NCBI GenBank assembly: GCA_047967505.1
Contig: CM106538.1
Source of the DNA: Dipteris shenzhenensis
Lineage: Eukaryota
Direction: 5' to 3' (one strand)
DNA: 64,000 nucleotides
Part shown: piece after piece, positions 27,262-39,509 of the stretch
Position numbering within the stretch: the first letter of the stretch is position 1
Layout of the letters: each line of letters begins with the position of its first letter
Notes under the pieces: model-generated
Told to the model about the DNA's origin: nothing
Seen by the model: the letters and a program-made list of their open reading frames with translations, nothing else
Databases searched by the model: none
Position numbers and translations under genes: made by a program

Positions 27262-28445
27262 AGGAACCCTCTCTTCCCCTCAATCTCTTTCCTTCTTCCC
27301 TCCTTCAATCTATTTCCTCCTCTTTTTCCCTCTTTCCTTTTCCTCTTCTTCTCTCTTTCTTTCCCTCTTTTTCCCTCTTTCCTTTCCCTCTTCTTCTCTC
27401 TTTCCCCCTTCTCTTAAGCATAAAATAAGCATGAGCATACGAATGCTTATGCTTATGCATGAGCATAAGAGAAGTAGACATATACTCATGCATAAGCATG
27501 AGCATATGTCTCTTTTTTCCTCTTTTCTCTTTCCCTCTTCTTCTCTCTTTCCTTTCCCTCTTATTCTCTCTTTCCCCCTTCTCTTATGCTCATGCATAAG
27601 CATAAGCATGAGCTTATGCTTATGCTTATGCTTATGCTGAAACATAAGCATGAGCATAAGAAAAGGAGAAATATGCTCATGCTTATGCTTATGCATGAGC
27701 ATAAGAAAAGTAGACATATGCTCACGCATAAGTATGAGCATATGTCTCTTTTTTCCTCTTTTCTCTTTCCCTCTTCTTCTCTCTTTCTCTCCCTCTTTCC
27801 TCTTTCCTCTTCTTCTCTCTTTCCCCCTTCTCTCTTTCTCTCTTTCCCCCTTCTCTCTTTCTCTCCCTCTTTTCTCTTTTCCTCTTCTTCTCTCTTTCCC
27901 CCTTCTCTTATGCTCATGCATAAACATAAGCATGAGCATAAGAATGATTATGCTTATGCATGAGCATAAGAGAAGTAGACATATGCTCATGCATTCCTCT
28001 TTTCTCTTTCCCTCTTCTTCTCTCTTTCTCTCCCTCTTTCCTCTTTTCCAATCTCTCCTTCCTTTCCCTCTTCTTCTCTCTTTCTTTCCCTCTTTTTCCC
28101 TCTTTCCTTTCCGATCCCTCTTCTTCTCTCTTTCCCCCTTCTCTTATGCTCATGCATAAACATAAGCATGAGCATAAGAATGCTTATGCTTATGCATGAG
28201 CATAAGAGATTCCTCTTCTCTTATGCTCTTCTCTCATTTCCCTCTTCTCTTCCTCTTCTTCAGATTCCTCTTCCTCTTCTTCCTCCTTCTCTCCCTCTTC
28301 TTCCTCTTCCTTTCCCTCTTTCCTTTCCCTTCGCTTTCCCCCTTTTCTTATTCTCTCTTTCCCCCTTCTCTTATTCTCTCTTCTTTCTCTCTTCTTCCTC
28401 TTCTCTCCCTCTTCTTCCTCTTCTTCTCTCTTCTCCTCTTTTCCC
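27262..28445. repeat. CT-rich and (CATAAG/CTTATG)n low-complexity satellite
   Basis: Pyrimidine tracts alternating with gcataagcatgagcata / gcttatgcttatgc hexamer runs; shares reverse-complement units with 49529-50085. Confidence 0.9.
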
Positions 28446-28759
28446 ATTAGGGAAAAAGGGAACTCATTTTGGGGCCCTGTAAGAAATTCACTATTTTTTG
28501 ATTTATTTCTCTCCTAAAAGACCTCAAAAATAGTAAAATATGGAAACGTGGCTCAGAACTGTCAGTAAGGACTACAGAACTATAAATTCAAAAAGGAATA
28601 AGATAATCTTTTGTCTGACTAACACGATTTTGCATTAAATATCCTCTTAGATTTTTTTTTGTTTACCAAAGATTTCGCATCTCTTTGGCCGACATGTGCA
28701 GGCCTTTCATAAAGAGTCCATCACTGAACTTAGTGATTGCAAGTTTTCAAAATATTCAC

Positions 28760-31593
28760 ATGGATACCGCCACACTTCCACGATTCATGTTACAAAACGA
28801 CTATGAGATTGAAAAACAAACTTCGCAACCTGAGAAGCACAAAAAATGGCCGATACTAGTGAGTCACTATCTCAGAAGAAGCGATTACACCATCTTCACA
28901 TCGATTTAGAAGAACAATATGCTCCAGCACAAAAAAGACAAAAGGATACGGTGTTGAATGCTCAACAGCGGGAAAATATGAGAAGAGAAGGGCTTCAACA
29001 TATTGACTTATGGTGCGATGGAAGCATATATCCAAAATGTCAAGTAAAAACCTCTACACCTCCATTTGTCAATCCCACCACATTACTGAGGTTTGCCGGC
29101 GATGGACAAAATGGACTTCTTGGTTATATTTCAGCGCAGTCTGCATTTGCGGAAACGTATAAAATGATGTACCTACAAGAAAAGGGGGCCAAGATGGAGG
29201 AGATAGCCATTCATGCAAAATTGGAGCAACAGTTGCAGAATGAAATTGAGGAGCATTCAAAGAGTAAAAAAGAGTTGACAAGAGCAAGAAAGAAGAGAAC
29301 CGTGCTTGGAGATAGACTATGTAGCAGGAAGATTAAAAACATTGCAAATTTGAAGGCTGGGACTGGTGGATGCAAGCGACGAATTCAGGAAGCAAGGTTA
29401 GATTGAAATTTATCATTTTGTATACTCAAAAAGGCTCTCTTCCAGACTATATCTATTTCGTCGATTGTCGCAAAATAAGAATGGAGGTGCTGAATGATAT
29501 AGTCATATTGTGTTGTTACTACAGGAAATTATTGGAGCCTACAAAATAAAATATGGACCCGAACCTTCTTCCTGTTAAACAAATGAAAGGATTGCTTTCT
29601 TGCGATGTAGCAAAAGGTTTGATTGAGGAAAAAAAATACAAAACAGTCAAACGCAATGTTGTAGAGGACTTTGTATCCAATAATCAAGTTGATGGCACTA
29701 TAATCCAAGAGGCTCTTGATGTTAGTGGAGTTAGCAGGAAGGGATATAATTCGATTTTCCATGCGATATCCTCAACTTTGAAAGATCAAAGGATTAAACG
29801 AGTTTTACTGCCAAATCCAGCAACCGTGTGGAGGATAAGAGGTCATTTGAATGAAAGTATAGATGAATTTATTGGGCAATATATCCATATTGAAGAAATA
29901 TTTCATGGTGTTAAAGGAACCACTGTGTATGATCCTTGGAACAATATATTTTTAGATCTGCAACAACTTCAAAAAAGAATGGTCGAGTTTTATGGAATAA
30001 CATTTGAGGAGTGCAAAGGCATTTTGAAATTTGTTATCAAACTGGATGAGTGTGAGGTTGTAAAGGAAAAGAAAATGGAAAAAGTTACTATTACATTGAT
30101 GAATGGAGCAATTGATACATCATTGACTGAAGCGAGTTCGAAGTATTTTAGTGTGCAGTTAGAGAAACACATATGGTGGTTAGGCTCCTCGTTCCAGGTA
30201 TGATCATTTTTTGTTTTATACTTGATTTTGGTCATTGTTTTCAAATCTGATATAGTAATACTTTTGTTTTCTATAATCTCGCAGGTGAAGACCGAAGACC
30301 ATGAAACACTAGATTGGGTGTTTCACCACACATAAATACCAAGAATAATCAAAAGACAAGTGCAAGGCGAGAATCTCCATGTTGCAGGAAAAGGTGATTT
30401 TCAAGTAGAATGGCACATGGCCGGGGATCTTAAAACACTTAAGTGCATGTATAACATTAGTAAAGGAGGCAACTCAAAGTCTCCTTGTCTTTACTGCAAA
30501 GAATCAGCTCAAGTAATGATTCAAAATGGTGGAAGAGAGCACCTAATAGAGATAAAGTTGACCCTGACTTCAAGGCCATTCTGGACATTCCACTATGTAA
30601 TGTTCACATCTACACATTGCATGGTCTATGTCGAATTATTGAGAAATTGGTATTTTTATATATTGGATTTGCTTGGAAACTCCATCCCGAAAAAAATAGA
30701 AAGGATGCTCTTCAAGCATTGGAAAAATTGTTATCCGATATAGGTCTGCATGGAGGAGATGTTCAAATCACAAAGGATTTTAAAAAGTCTACCAATGGCA
30801 AGGAGGTACCAATGAAGCCCTCTATTGGTGGTGTTAAGGCAAGAAGATTCTTGTCTCGACCCAAACACAGTAAGCAAGTAAGGCAAGGTAGAATAGTTTC
30901 AAAGATTAATTATGGATTGTGGAAGCAAGTCCATAATGTTGTGAAAGATCATGAGGCAGATGGGGAAGCACGAAATAGGAAGGCAGAGGTGTGGAGGTCT
31001 CTTGATCAACTCTTCATGTTCTGTGACAAAGTAACATGGACAAAGAGTGATTACAAGAACTTCGAGGAGGCAATTAAACATTTTGGAAAGTCAATGAAAG
31101 ACGCGTGGACAGCCTGCAATATAACTCACTACATGGTAAGGTTATGTCTTTTTCTTTTACTTAAGTGTGATCCTCTTTTTTTTTATTACTTACTATGCAT
31201 TCTTATGTCTTACAGCATATCATATACAACCACCTTCCCTATTTTGTCAAAAAGTATGGATGCCCAGCTATTTGGTCTACCCAAGGCATGGAGAAGTCTC
31301 ACTACATGGCATGTAATGCATTTTTTAGACACACACAACACTATGGAGGGAGTCAGAAGGCAAATAGTCTGAAGGAAGTCTTCCAATGGTTTTACTGAGG
31401 CATACTACAGAGGCTGCATGCTAAAAGAAAAGTTGCTAGCTCCAAAATCAAGCTTGCTTTTCTTCTAGCCCAAAAGCAAAGACGAAGACAAGCTCTAGAC
31501 AATTCAATTGCAGCAGACATAGACAATGGAGGGAATAGAAGATATTTAGAAACCATAAATGGACAAGTAAACATGAATAGGACTCATTTGTAA
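28760..31593 (+). pseudogene. RAG1/Transib/Chapaev-like DDE transposase gene, 4 exons (introns 29397-29524, 30198-30284, 31136-31215), few lesions
   Basis: Spliced product has FVIKLDE, AGDLKTL, PCLYC, TLHGLCRI, THYM|HIIYNHLP and GCPAIWSTQGMEKSH, collinear with RAG1 core motifs; canonical GT-AG introns that preserve frame. Confidence 0.7.
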
Positions 31594-31904
31594 CTTATTG
31601 GTGTTATGTCCACATGTTTTCAAACTCATTCAATGGAAATTTTTTTAGTGGAACAAGTGACTCTTGGTGTTATGCATGAAAAGTATTTCTTTTGTGAAAC
31701 ATATGATCTGAACTTAATACAATTTGTTTACAATTTCAATATATTGTTCACTTAATATTTAACGACACCACTCTATGTAAATGTACAAATCATTTCATCA
31801 TCAACTTATTAATCATTTATACAAGATCATACCAGATATCAAAGACTTTATACAAATCAGTTCAAATTTAATATAATGTTTGTGCTATATTCGATGACTA
31901 AATC

Positions 31905-33543
31905 CTATTTCTCCCAGGGCCTGCCGATCGGAACTCTCTTTTTGATCTTGATTGGAGTCTTTTTCTTCTTTATTGGCTTGATGTCGACTGTCTCTTTATC
32001 CTTTTCTTCAGCTCTCTCCACCTGTTCCTCTTCTTGGACTGTGTGGCCTGATGCAATCATGGGTGGCTCTCGAAACCTTACGAGCTGGTGTTTTCCATAG
32101 CCCCCCAGATATTTGGGCTCCTTAACACCACATGCTAATGCATAAGAAGTGTAAGACAAAAAGTAAGCGGCCCTAGAGACCTGCTTATTCACATAATCTC
32201 CAAATATATCTATGGCAGACAACCTCTCTATCAAAATGATCTTTTCCTTTTGCCATGAAAGAACATGTCCACCTAAATCCCTGGACAAACATTTTAGGAA
32301 GTAAACAATGGCTTCTCAATTCTTGCTCAACTGCCTATGGTAAATCAAGATCTTGGCACTGCCTAGATCATGAATATAATGAGCTAGGCCTGACATTTTG
32401 CGAAACCCAACCTGCCTGCTTCCACTTGATCTCTGGAGGAATGTGTCATCCTCAATTTGTAGCTGCCACATATCAAAGGATTGGAGTGATACAATACACA
32501 ACCTACAAAAACAAAGTTAAGCAGAAGCCAAAGTATTTGATTTGAAGTATCTTCTCATTTTCATCAACAACAAGCAGTTCATCTTTCCAAAGATTTATCC
32601 CTCTCCCCTCTTGTCCAACCTCTTCTTTAGGCTTTTTTGTGTATAGTGCTGAGAGATTCATAGCTTCCTGTGTGAGCTGGAAGGCAGCTTCATCTGGCTC
32701 TTGGAACTTTTCAGCCTCTTTGAAACAAAATGAAAGGGCCTCTACAGGATCAAACATTGTTTCCAAAGCCAGTAGTGAATGGTCATCCTCTATGCCAACC
32801 TCCTTGTCAAGCCTTGAAGCCTGGGCAATAAGGGAAATGGCATAATCCTCCCTCAAATCAAACATACACTCTATATCATGGAGGAAAACATAATCCTTTC
32901 CACCAATCAACACACTTGGAAGCATGGGCACTGCATAGTTGCTACTCTGAACATCAAAATCTTCAACTGGCTCTGCTCCCCTCAGAGTTTTTGTCCTCAG
33001 TTGAACAAGGTCAAGAGCAGCCACTTGCAGCCCCTCATCCTGAATGTTGATATCTTCTTCTTGCTCTGCCATTTCTGTGACCAAAGAAACATCCTCCTTT
33101 TCCTCTGCTTCAGATGTGTCTTCTTCTTCTATTTCCTGCCCTTGTTCATCCAAAGACTCCTGACTGAAGACAATGTACATAAGAAATGCCATGCTCTCCT
33201 CCAGCACTCTGCACTTTCTGGTGTGCAAAGTATAGTTGAATTTATAGTGATCAGGCAGGCTGTCAAATCTTCTGTTCACATGGTACCTCAGCCTGTCATT
33301 GGAGACAATATGATTTATGTGCACAAAAACCTTTTCTCCTTCCACAATTCTTCCTGCCTCTGTCAGTTCTTTGAAGGTATCCCAATAGTCTGAAAGAAAA
33401 TCTTTGTGCTACTCCAGTACAGAGCTCATTGTGAACTCCATGTTGAAAATACTGTGGAATATATGGAAGTTACTCTGAGCCTTGCATTTGTGAAGAAACT
33501 CAAATAGGAGCAAATCTGGAGAATTGTCCTCTTCTGGTTCCAT
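31905..33543 (-). pseudogene. Unknown ~500-aa protein with an acidic middle region, degenerate, convergent with the RAG1-like gene
   Basis: Long ORF 32503-33345 plus adjacent fragments (31905-32288; ATG at 33543); no motif recognised. Confidence 0.55.
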
Positions 33544-33867
33544 TTGTTTTTTGATGGAAGAATCAGCACTCTGCTCCAGTCTCTTCTTTTTGCATGTTCA
33601 AAAACTTATATACTATGAATTCTATATGCTGACATATGCAATCAGTGAATGCATTGTATATCACCAAATAATTCCTTCATGACATCTCATGACTCACCTG
33701 GTGATTGCTGTGGTCTAATAATAGCAACAGAAAAGTCCAGCTTCCTCTTGAAAGGTGCGGCCTGGGAGCCAGCTGTTCCAAAACAAAAACATTTCTCATC
33801 ATCAAGCAAGATTTCCACAGGGCTAAAGATAGCAAATTAATGAGGTAGAAGTGAGAACCAAATTAGA

Positions 33868-34575
33868 CACAGGAATTTGCAGCAAAATGCGATATGGGCT
33901 GTTTAGAGAATTATAAACCACTCTCCTCGCATTTTGTTGCAAATTCTCAAGTTCTGTTCATGTGCATGTCAAATCAAGCACTGGGTTCATCTCAGTGATT
34001 CCTGGACACTATGATCTCATATGCAAGAGAAATAATGGAATGAGTGAAACTTTTCATGAGGAATGTGTCAACAACAGGAATCTGCAGCAAAATGCGATAT
34101 GGGCTATTTAGAGAATTATAAACCACTCTCCTCGCATTTTGTTGCAAATTCTCGAGTTCTGTTCATGTGCATGTCAAATCAAGCACTTGGTTCATCTCAG
34201 TGATTCCTGGACACTATGATCTCATATGCAAGAGAAATAATGGAATGAGTGAAACTATTCATGAGGAATGTGTCAACAACAGGAATTTGCAGCAAAATGC
34301 GATATGGGCTATTTAGAGAATTATAAACCACTCTCCTCACATTTTGTTGCAAATTCTCAAGTTCTGTTCATGTGCATGTCAAATCAAGCACTTGGTTCAT
34401 CTCAGTGATTCCTGGACACTATGATCTCATATGCAAGAGAAATAATGGAGTGAGTGAAACTTTTCATGAGGAATGTGTCAACAACAGGAATTTGCAGCAA
34501 AATGCGATATGGGCTGTTTAGAGAATTATAAACCACTCTCCTCGCATTTTGTTGTAAATTTCTAGTTTCTATTCA
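33868..34575. repeat. 205-bp tandem repeat, ~3.4 copies, each with an internal palindrome
   Basis: AGGAAT(T/C)TGCAGCAAAATGCG recurs at 33871, 34076, 34281 and 34486; palindrome arms TTTGCAGCAAAATGCGA...TCGCATTTTGTTGCAAA. Confidence 0.92.
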
Positions 34576-37449
34576 TATCCAACTACAATCTAATTTTTGG
34601 GTGATTTACCACATTCTTGAACAGTATAAATTGAAAATGTAACAAGAAGGATGGAGCTGAGTGAAGACATTGGGACATCAAAAATCCAATGGATGGAAGA
34701 AATAAATGTTAAAAAACATTGAAACCAATCTAGAATTCTGACCTTTTTTTTCCTTTTCCATGCTGATGGAGTTGCACTGGTAAATCTCCTGCTCTTTCTC
34801 TAGCTTGAACTTTGCACTCTATAGGTAACCTAGAGATCTGGCAGTAGTAGTAGTCTTCAGGCAGGTTGCAGTCTGGATGGAGTGTGCTGGGTAGGAAAGG
34901 ATCAGAGAGAAGGAAATGGAAGATGTGAGGGTCGTGGCAGGGATGAAAGATTGGGAGATAGGGGAGGGAAAAGTGGTTGTGGTATTGATGATGAAATCAT
35001 GAATGGCACAAGTTCCAAGGCATAAAGTGTACTTTCACACGTGCCAAATTTCAAACTCCAAGAGATCTGGGTCCCATCCACACGTGTGAAAAACGACTAC
35101 ATTCCACACGTGTGGGATTTAGAGATTCTTTATTTCTATTTGCACTTATTTGTGGTATCCTGTTTTAGACCTCTTGCCCTCCAGTCTCTGCTCTCTTGCC
35201 TCCCTACCTTCATACTCTGCAACATCAGCATCCTGTCCAGCAGCATAGGTTCATCCTCAGCACAGGTTACTCCTCAGCAGCACAGCACATCCACAGATAG
35301 ATTCCAGGTCAGTAACAATGGGTTCTCCCCTTAGTCTCTGCAATCTTCTTGCCTAAAATAGAAAAAATCCATCCTGCATGGAAATGCATAGACTCAAGTC
35401 AAGACAGAGAAATCACTGTAGGAATGCAGATCTTCAAGTGTGATATTTGCATGTGAGGGTAAAACTGTACTTATGGGTTCTCCCTTCAGTCTGTGCACAT
35501 TTCTTGCCTTCCGTAGACTCAATCCATCCTGTATGGTTATGCAAACACCTTCAAATGACTGAAGGCATATTCTAGCATGCTGCCTCATGAATTTGCAGCA
35601 AAATGCGAGGAGAAGGCATTAGGAATTTCAAACTGCTGAAATCGCGTTTTGTTGCAAATATTGAAATATTGCTTCATCAACCCCTGTCATTCTGGTTTTG
35701 TGACTTCCATAGCTATAATCTTCTTGCATAAACTCCATTCATACTGTATTTAGTTGGAGAGACATAGAAATCACTGTAGGAGTGCACCAGCATGTCATTT
35801 CAAAAATTTGTAGCAAAATGCGATGTGGACCTGTTTGAAATTCCAAACTGCTCATATCGCATTTTATTGCAAATTTCTCTATATGGCTTCATCCACCCCT
35901 GTGATTGCCTTTTCTTTGTTAGAACATGTTCTCCATGTCTGTGATCTCTTTCCAATCCTTTGTATGTAGTTTTTCAGAGTGATGGCAAGAACCAAGTCAA
36001 TTGCAAGGAAAGTTGGCAAAGGGCCAGGGCTTGCAGTAACAACAGCTGGGGCAGGTACCAAGAAATTTAGTGTGCCTCCAAAGGGAAGAGCTGCACATGG
36101 CAGGAAGGGTAAGCCAATGAGCTTGCTCAAGCAAAAGGCCAAAAGATTGAATCAGGGTGCAGGTGTGCTAAGGGAGATCAGGAGGCAACAGAAAGCTATA
36201 GGCTTTGCAATACCCAAAGCACCCTTTCAAAGACTGGTGAGAGAAATTTGTGACAGTTGGAACCTTGGCTTCAGGTGGAATAGAAGTGCCATTCTTTCCT
36301 TACAGGAAATGGCAGAGGATTACTTGGAGAAATATTTTGAAGATGCAATGCTTGTAGCAGCCCATGCTCACAGGGTGACTTTGATGGCCAAAGACTTCAA
36401 CACTTTGTCCAGAGTGAGATGGAGGTATGACAAGCTTATTCATCCTGTGGAATGGCAGGACATCAAAATGAGAGACATATTGCTAATTCCACCTACAAGG
36501 AAGTTGAAGGTTGATGAGGTAAAGGTTGTTGAGGTAACACACTCAAAGAACACCAGAGGGAAGGCTGCTTATGAGGACTCACTGAAGCAGTAAATAAAAG
36601 AAACAAAATCTGTTATAGATGTGGAGACTAGAAAGAAGGAGCTACAGATACATAGAAGGTTGAAGGAGCTGGGCCCTGATGTAGTTGTTCATATTGAGGA
36701 TGAAGTTTCAGTGAATGATTTTGACTTGACAAAACAATGCTTAGCAGCATTGGCTCATAAGAATGAGTATTGCTCAGATACTATCATTCTTGCAATGCTC
36801 TAGTAAGTGTCTATAAATTTACATTTTTTGCAAATCAATCCTCCTTGTACCTCCTTTATAACCTACCCTAATTATTTTCTGATCCTATGCAGCATGATGA
36901 GAAGCTGGCTTCACCCCTCTGTATAGCATACAGTCCATATTGTTGATCCAGCCATTTCTTCTAAATTAAGAGATGCAAAGGAGACTCCCATGAGTATTTC
37001 CAGCTGGTTCAAACACTGCAATTTTGAAGTAATTGATGTTTTGCTACTTCCATACCATAGTAGGTATGTGGGTGACTACTTCTTTTAAGATTCTTCTTTA
37101 AGATTGGGAACTCTTGTAGCCTTTGATTTTCTTATGCTTTTTTCCTTATGCAGTGACCACTGGAGTTTTGTGTCTATTGACATCCAGCAGAAGCAATGCT
37201 TTCTATTCAACTCTCTAAAAAACCTCGGGGGGTCCACCTTACATAAGCCAGCTATACAACGTGCGTTCGAAAGGTATTTAAAAAACCCCTCTGTAACCAC
37301 ATTTTATCTATTTATATACCCCTACTATGAATTTTTGGATCAATAATTATATCCCTTCAATAAATTCAAAATTTAAGAAGCCTATATTTTTTGCCCTCCT
37401 CTTGTACATTTTAGTGTAAGTTGAAACAGATGCTACTTTTGAGAAATTG

Positions 37450-38005
37450 TATTGTATAATTGAATAAAACCATTTAAATTTTATGTCGCCGAGATGCATG
37501 CTTTACATCCATACTAGTACCTAATAGAATGTATTTTCAACTTTTGATCTTTTCAATTCTCAAATTCTCATGTATTTACTCCACCTTATCCAATTTTGTT
37601 TCCCTTGCATGCTCCCAAACTGTCACTACCTACTAGAGATTTGCATGAAGTAACTTGAATTGTACTGTGAATAAAATGGCACAAACTTATAAGAAGATGG
37701 CTTAAACTTTAACCTTGTGTTAATCTATTGTATAATTGAATAAAACCATTTAAATTGTATGTCGCCTAAATGCATGATTTACATCCATACTAGTACCTAA
37801 TAGAACGTATTTTCAACTTTTGATCTTTTCAATTCTCAAATTCTCATGTATTTACTCCACCTTATCCAATTTTGTTTCCCTTGCATGCTCCGAAACTGTC
37901 ACTACCTACTAGAGATTTGCATGAAGTAACTTGAATTGAACTATGAATAAAATGGCACAAACTTATAAGAAGATGGCTTAAACTTTAACCTTGTGTTAAT
38001 CTAAT
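37450..38005. repeat. Two direct copies of a ~278-bp unit near the left end of the P-like element
   Basis: tattgtataattgaataaaaccatttaaatt...taaccttgtgttaatct starts at ~37450 and again at ~37727. Confidence 0.9.
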
Positions 38006-39509
38006 GGGAGTTTTTATCTTAAATATGATGCATGTAGTAGCATTATGTTGATGTAGTGCAAGTGTTTATATTCAATATGATGCATGCACTAGCATCATGT
38101 TGCCTATATGCCACTCTCTATATTAGGAAAAGATAGTGTTTAACATCTCATCATAAAGGCATGCAACTTAATCATGTTAAGTGCACAAAGTTATTAAGCT
38201 TATTATCACTCCATCCGTATCTTTTTCTCAATTTATGTCGTTTTACTTTTCTTTAAGTTACATGCTTTCATATTTATGTATTTACATCACTTTTTTCTAA
38301 ATTTTTGAATATCCTAACTTCCAAACCATATGCTAGATGCATATGATATAAAAGAAAAATTTGTAGAATGATGAAATATTATAGCTTCTTTATTGAATTA
38401 AGATCTTAATTATTAATGCATCTGACAATTTTTCAGTTTGGAAAGCACCCTTTATTCCATTTCTACTATATTTCAATTCAAACTTTTGAAGGACCCATGC
38501 TTCCCCTCACAATTTTGAGACCATATGTAAATAAAATATGGTAGATAGAATTGGAATGCGTGGATATTTAAGGGAAGCCATAGACCACCTATACATTGGA
38601 TGCATAGTTTTTTGGATATAGTCTATTCTTCCTTTAGTAGTACTTTAGAGTTTTATAATCCATATTTTGCTGCTCAATATGGAATTTCACATGAAGGTTT
38701 AGTTAGAGGTTTGGGATGTTTCAAGCTTCGATGAGATCCATATCAAACTTGCATTGATTGCACAATTTGGTAGATAAATTCTATTTAGATGCTCAATTTG
38801 ATATTTAGACTCTAGCACAGAACCGAGGCTCACAAGCTATAGCCAAATTTCATCAAAAGTACCAAATGAAAAGGTAGAGTTGAATCCAAAGTACAAGCAT
38901 ATTGATATCTAAAAATAGATACAAGTTACAACCAAGACTTGTCATCAAGAGTTTAATCAAAACCTTAGACTTAGACGTGGCAAAAAATCAGCTAGAGATA
39001 GCTAGACTAAAGGTTGTTACACAGACTTCTCCTCCTCATTGATGGATCCTTGAATGACCTCAGCTGTATAACATGGAGGATGTGGAATTGTCTTGTTTAT
39101 AGTGTAAAGATTATAGCCAAGGGAGGGCCCTAAAATAGGCCACTTGGCTTCCAAATTTGACCCTCCATCTAGTATTGCCCTGTCTATTCACCAATAAGAA
39201 TCAAGAATTTCGCATGATTAATGTTAGATAAAGCTAGAAAACGTTTGCACTCAAGTTTATCTAAATTACTTGCCTTACAAAAAATATAGAATTATATCTC
39301 AAGAAAAGTTTGTATTCAAGTTTATCTTAAGGTATTTGACTTACAAAAAATGTAGATTTTTGCCTCAAGAACTAGCCCAACTCCTTATGCGATACATGTG
39401 ACGTATCATTATCTGAAACCAAAATTAGCCAAGGATGATCCTTAGATGATGTAGCTCATTATAAGACATTTTGGAAAGTTTCATCTTGCATGAAAAATGC
39501 AAAGTAAAC

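Noticed and set aside
27251-28482. Many K/R/E-rich or F/S/L-rich ORFs, also at 49438-50103
   Set aside because: Artefacts of stop-poor CT/GA satellite that is open in several frames
35979-36593. Ordinary host histone H3 or CENH3 gene
   Set aside because: Too diverged, extends past the fold into a protease, and lies inside nested transposons
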